Below, piece by piece: positions 59,577 through 64,000 of a stretch of DNA of 64,000 bases. The translations under genes were made by a program, and so were the position numbers. The stretch comes from Eledone cirrhosa (taxonomy: Eukaryota): positions 273,978,001 to 274,042,000 of the forward strand of contig OZ024741.1 of the NCBI GenBank assembly GCA_964016885.1, written 5' to 3'. Every line of letters starts with the position of its first letter. Position 1 is the stretch's first letter. The notes beneath the pieces were generated by a model, which saw only the letters and a list, made by a program, of their open reading frames with translations, was not told the DNA's origin and made no database searches.

Positions 59577-62349
59577 AATGGAAAAATGTGAACAGGAACA
59601 AAACAGAGAGGCAGTACAACGAATGTTTATTAATTTCACCATCTGGAGAGTGGGGTGGTGGTGGGGAACGACGTTTCTGGCATAAGCCCTTCCTCAGGTA
59701 AGAAGTGTGTGGGAACAGAGTTCAAAGGGTGTGTAGGGGAGTGGTGGAGAGATATATAGCGAAAGGAAACGGTGCGAATGAAATTAAAAATAAAAATAAA
59801 AATAAAGCATGATCAAAATACAAGGAATGAAATAAAATTAAATATAAAAGCATGGTCAAAATAAACTGAAATTAAAAAGGGGTAAAACAGGTGGTGGAAG
59901 GGTTTGGGTGTGTAGGGGTGGTGGCGGGTGGAGTGGGGAGAGGGAGACGGGGTGTCCGAGCGGGGAGGGCTGAAGGTGGTGTGTGTGTGTATGTGAAAGT
60001 AAGGGTTGGGGGAAGAACGGGGTTGCATGTTCAGGAAGAGGTGTGTGTATGTGTGGGGGGGGGGTGTAGGTCGGAGTGTCTGTGCGTGTGTGGATAGAGG
60101 GGTGGGGGGAGATGAATCAGGAGGCTGAGGGTGTAAATATGTGGTGGAAAGCAAGTGTGTGTGTGGTTTAAGCGTGTTGTGGGTGTAGGTGGCGTGTGGG
60201 AGGAAAAAAAATGTTTTGGGGTGTGTATGTGGGTGAGTTATATAGGTGATTCCGTAAGAGGATGGTTGAAATGTTGGTAAATTCCTATGATGTTTAGTAG
60301 ATTCCGTGGTGGTCAAGTTCCACATACGAGTATTCCATGAAGAGATGGCCGGAAGAGGAGAGATGTGGGGTGCGCGCGCAACAGGAAGTGGTCAAGCGGT
60401 GGGAGTGCTGTGTGTCTGTTTGTGCTGGGAGGTGGTCAGAGGGCATAGCAGCAGTCGGTGGAATGGTAAAGGGGCGAGGATGGGTAGGTGTGAAAGTTGG
60501 AGTGAGGAGGGTGTGTGTGTGTGTGTATTAGTAGAGGTGTTAGTGGGAGGAGTGAGTGTGGAGCGAGGGTGTGGGTGGAGCGGGGAGAGAAGGGTGTGTG
60601 TAGTTCTATCGAGGGAGTGTGGTGTACTGGTGTGTGTGTAGTTTGATGAAGGGGGTGTTAGTGGGTGTTAGTATACGGGAGGTGGGGAAGGGTTGAATGC
60701 AGGTGTGAGTGGGGGTTAGTGGTGGTAGGGTGTGTAGAGTTGGTGGTATACGAGGGTGTGTGGGTACGTGTGTGTGGGGTTGGGGGGTGTTAGTGATGTT
60801 AGTTGCGTGTGGGGTGGGTGGTGTAAGTGGGTGCGTGTGTTCGTGTGCTTGGGGTCAGGGGGTGTTAGTGAGGTTAGTTGCGGGGTGGTGGGATGGAGGT
60901 GTGGGGGTGAGGGTTAGTGGTGGTAGTAGGGTGTGTGTTTAGTGTGAGCGCGTGTATATATGTGCCGGTGGGTGTGTGCGTGTGATAAGGAGGGGAGGGG
61001 GAGGAGGAGAAGAAGGGAGGGATGTTAGTATGTTAGTTGGGGAAGGGTGGTCGGATGAGGGGTGGGTGGAGGTGTTAGTATTGTTAGTTGTGGGGTGGGC
61101 GGTGAAAAGGAGGGGTGTGTTAGTGGTGTTAGTGGGGGATAAGTGTGGGGGGGGGTGGGGCGCGGTCGAAGGCTAAAGGAATAAGGGTGGCGAGTTCAGG
61201 TCGGGGGGAGTGTGGGTCTGTAAGATGAAGATAGTTCTTTGTTCGACTCTAAGGCGATTGGCGGGTGTTCCGTGGCATTGGAGTAGGCCACAGACTGTGA
61301 GATGGCGTGCGGAATGTCCAGGGCCACCAAAGTGGCGGGCGATGGGGGAACTACCACCGAGACGAATATCCCGAGGTGCTCAGTGAATCGGTCCGCCAGG
61401 CGACGTCCCGTCTGTCCGACATGAGTCGCGCTGCTCTCCGTGCAGCGAAGTCCGTAGACTAGGTTGGAGGAGGTGCAGCGGAAGGCATGCCGGACAGAGA
61501 GAGAGTGGCCGTTGGGACCCTGGAAGGTGGTGGTGTTGGTGATGTGGGGACAGGTGTTGCAGAGCCTAGAACAGGGAAAGGAACCGGGGGGGGGGACAGA
61601 GCGTGGGTAGGGAGCTGTGGACGAGGAGGGTGCAGAGATTGCGTGCGCGTTTGAAGGAGGGGAGTGGTGGGGTTGGGAAGATGTGGGAGGTGGAGGGGTC
61701 GGACTGGAGGCGTCGGAAGAGGCGGCGGATGGTGCGGTGGAGGGGTAAGGTGGAGGGGTGGTAGGTGATGGGGAAGGGGAGACGGTGGGTGGGTGTGCGG
61801 TGGCGTGGGGTGAGGGTGGGGGAGCGGTGGACAGCACGGGCGCGGGTGAGAGCGGTGTGGACGAGAGAAGGGGGGTAACCTCTGCGGATGAAATGGCTGA
61901 CTAGGGAAAGGGCATGGGACTCAAAGTCAGCATCTCGGCTACAGAGGCGGCGGATCCTGAGGAGTTGGGAGTAGGGAATGGAGAGTTTAGTGTGGGTGGG
62001 GTGGGAAGAGGTGAAGTCGAGGTAAGAGTGGGAGTCGGTGGGTTTGAAGAAGGCGGAGGTTACGAGGGAGTGGTGGGAGGGGTCGAAGGCGACGGAGATG
62101 TCTAAGAAGTGGACGTGGGTGGTGGAGATAGAGGTGGTGAAGTGGAGGGAGGGGTGGAAGGAGCAGAAGAAGGAGAGAAAGTAGTCGAGCTGTTCTCGGG
62201 TGAGGGTCGTGGCCCCGATACAGTCGTCAATGTAACAACCGTACAGTTCGGGCGTGGGGCCGGTGTACTGGGCAAAGATTTGGGCCTCAACATGGCCAAC
62301 AAAAAGGTTGGCATAGTTCGGGCCCATTCTTGTACCCATGGCTACCCCC
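59577..62349 (-). mobile_element. 5'-truncated Penelope-like element (Neptune-like, Cys linker) between (TA)n tracts
   Basis: RT plus GIY-YIG, ~1.5-kb 3' region, hammerhead-core remnant CUGAGGA-AGGGC(UUAU)GCCA-GAAA-CGUCG-UU at 59667-59697. Confidence 0.9.
61173..62349 (-). pseudogene. PLE reverse transcriptase (motif [10 protein letters not shown] onward, YIDD, FLD) plus GIY-YIG endonuclease; frameshifts near 61590 and 61372
   Basis: [16 protein letters not shown]...YIDDCIG...HFLDI...KPTDSHSYLDFTSSHP...SIPYSQLLRIRRLCS; FPCSRLCNTCP...CTSSNLVYGLRC...HVGQTGRRLADRFTEH. Confidence 0.93.
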
Positions 62350-62441
62350 ATATATATATATATATATGTTTATATATATATATATATATATATATAAACA
62401 TATATGTATATACATACGTATGTACATACATACATATATAC

Positions 62442-62508
<67 letters not shown>

Positions 62509-62525
62509 CATACATATATACATAC

Positions 62526-62568
<43 letters not shown>

Positions 62569-62571
<3 letters not shown>

Positions 62572-64000
62572 TAAAATAACAGATTAAAGTTTAAGCAAAG
62601 AATCGCTGCTTTCACCCTTAACGGGATCTTCTGAAACTAACAAAGTCAATCTGTAAACGCAGAACTGGATATTTCAAAAAACGTTGCAACCGGAGGAAGA
62701 CAGGAAGACGATACTTTGGTTCGTGGAAACGTTCGTTGGCAAAGAACGGGAAAAAACGAATAATACGTCATTAATAGGAGCGGTGAAAAACAATTACGCA
62801 CAAAGACAGAACCACGTTTATGGTATAAAGGAGGTCGTAGACTAATGTTCTCTTAGGTGGTGCATAGAGACGTTCTCTGGCAATGAACGAAAAAACGAAG
62901 ATAATAAGTCATATGTGTAGCGTGGAGAACAATAGCACGCAAAGACAAAACCACGTAAATCGTATAGCAGAAGTCGTAGACTAAAATTCTAACTAGGAGA
63001 CCAAATGAATCTCCGCTACAGAGTTAAGAACAAAGTAAATAAATACAATACAGAAGTAATAGAAACAAATAAATACATACACGCAAACAGATACGTACAT
63101 ACACAAGCATACGCAAAACCTTACCAAGGTATACAAAACCACGCACATATAAATATGTGTCTGTGTGTATGCTTGTGTACAAATAAATAAATAATTATAT
63201 AAACGTATATAAGTAAATAAATACGTATATAACAAGCGCACACACATACCTACATATAAATACACGAATGTTCGGAGACGTAAGTCAACTGAAACAAGAA
63301 GTACACATATACACACACCCGCCATACGCACGAACCTGCATACTCACGCAGACGCAAAACTCCCGTATACACATAGCCAAACCCTAAATACCAGAATATG
63401 TAAAAATTATACGACATCAAAGTCAAATATACGTACGAGAAGGTATACTTACCTTCACAAAACATACGGGTAATATATACTTACCTATGCAAAATTTTTA
63501 CATATTATGGTATTTAGGGTTTGGCTATGTGTATACGGGAGTTTTGCGTCTGCTATACCATTTACGTGGTTTTGTCTTTGCGTGCTATTGTTCTCCACGC
63601 TCCACATATGACTTATTATCTTCGTTTTTTCGTTCATTGCCAGAGAACGTCTCTATGCACCACCTAAGGGAACATTAGTCTACGACCTCCTTTATACCAT
63701 AAACGTGGTTCTGTCTTTGCGCGTAATTGTTTTTCACCGCTCCTATTAATTGTTTCTACTTTTGGCACAAGGCCAGCAATTACCCAGTGTATTACTGGTA
63801 CTTTATTTTATCGACCCCATAAGGATGAAAGGCAAAGTTAACCTCGGCGGGATTTGAACTCAGAATGGCAAGGGCGATAACTCTATATTATTCGTTTTTT
63901 CCCGTTCTTTGCCAACGAACGTTTCCACGAACCAAAGTATCGTCTTCCTGTCTTCCTCCGGTTGCAACATTTTTTGAAATATCCAGTTCTGCGTTTACAG
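62569..64000. mobile_element. Large foldback repeat (right arm runs off the window); end also at 7345-7468 and 46899-46960
   Basis: 62651-62960 is the inverse of 63559-64000; 63348-63408 is the inverse of 63492-63552. Confidence 0.75.
63751..63884 (-). mobile_element. 5'-truncated SINE nested in one arm of the foldback
   Basis: Absent from the matching left arm (~62765). Confidence 0.88.

Overview
Eukaryotic, extremely repeat-rich non-genic (intergenic or intronic) DNA. It is probably from an octopod cephalopod, inferred from the SINE families and the (TA)n/(CA)n/trinucleotide load. No intact host protein-coding gene is supported, and nearly all long ORFs in the track are microsatellite artefacts. 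Recognisable content: two Penelope-like element (PLE) coding remnants (GIY-YIG 28481-29068; RT plus GIY-YIG 61173-62349), a full-length decayed Tc1, several non-autonomous Helitrons (one with a PIF1 C-terminus, one with a Rab-like captured fragment), two hAT MITEs with 8-bp TSDs (one carrying a captured mariner piece), RTE-like and CRE-like LINE fragments, and many tRNA-derived SINEs. The most notable signal is about a dozen short non-coding elements from several sequence families, inserted mostly in (TA)n tracts. They have inverted or direct terminal duplications and carry minimal type-I hammerhead ribozyme folds (CUGANGA...GAAA, short often palindromic stem III, UH). They look like a diverse PLE-dependent, retrozyme-like system. 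One copy begins at its own predicted cleavage site, and two family members show stem covariation. All folds were read by eye and need computational and biochemical confirmation.
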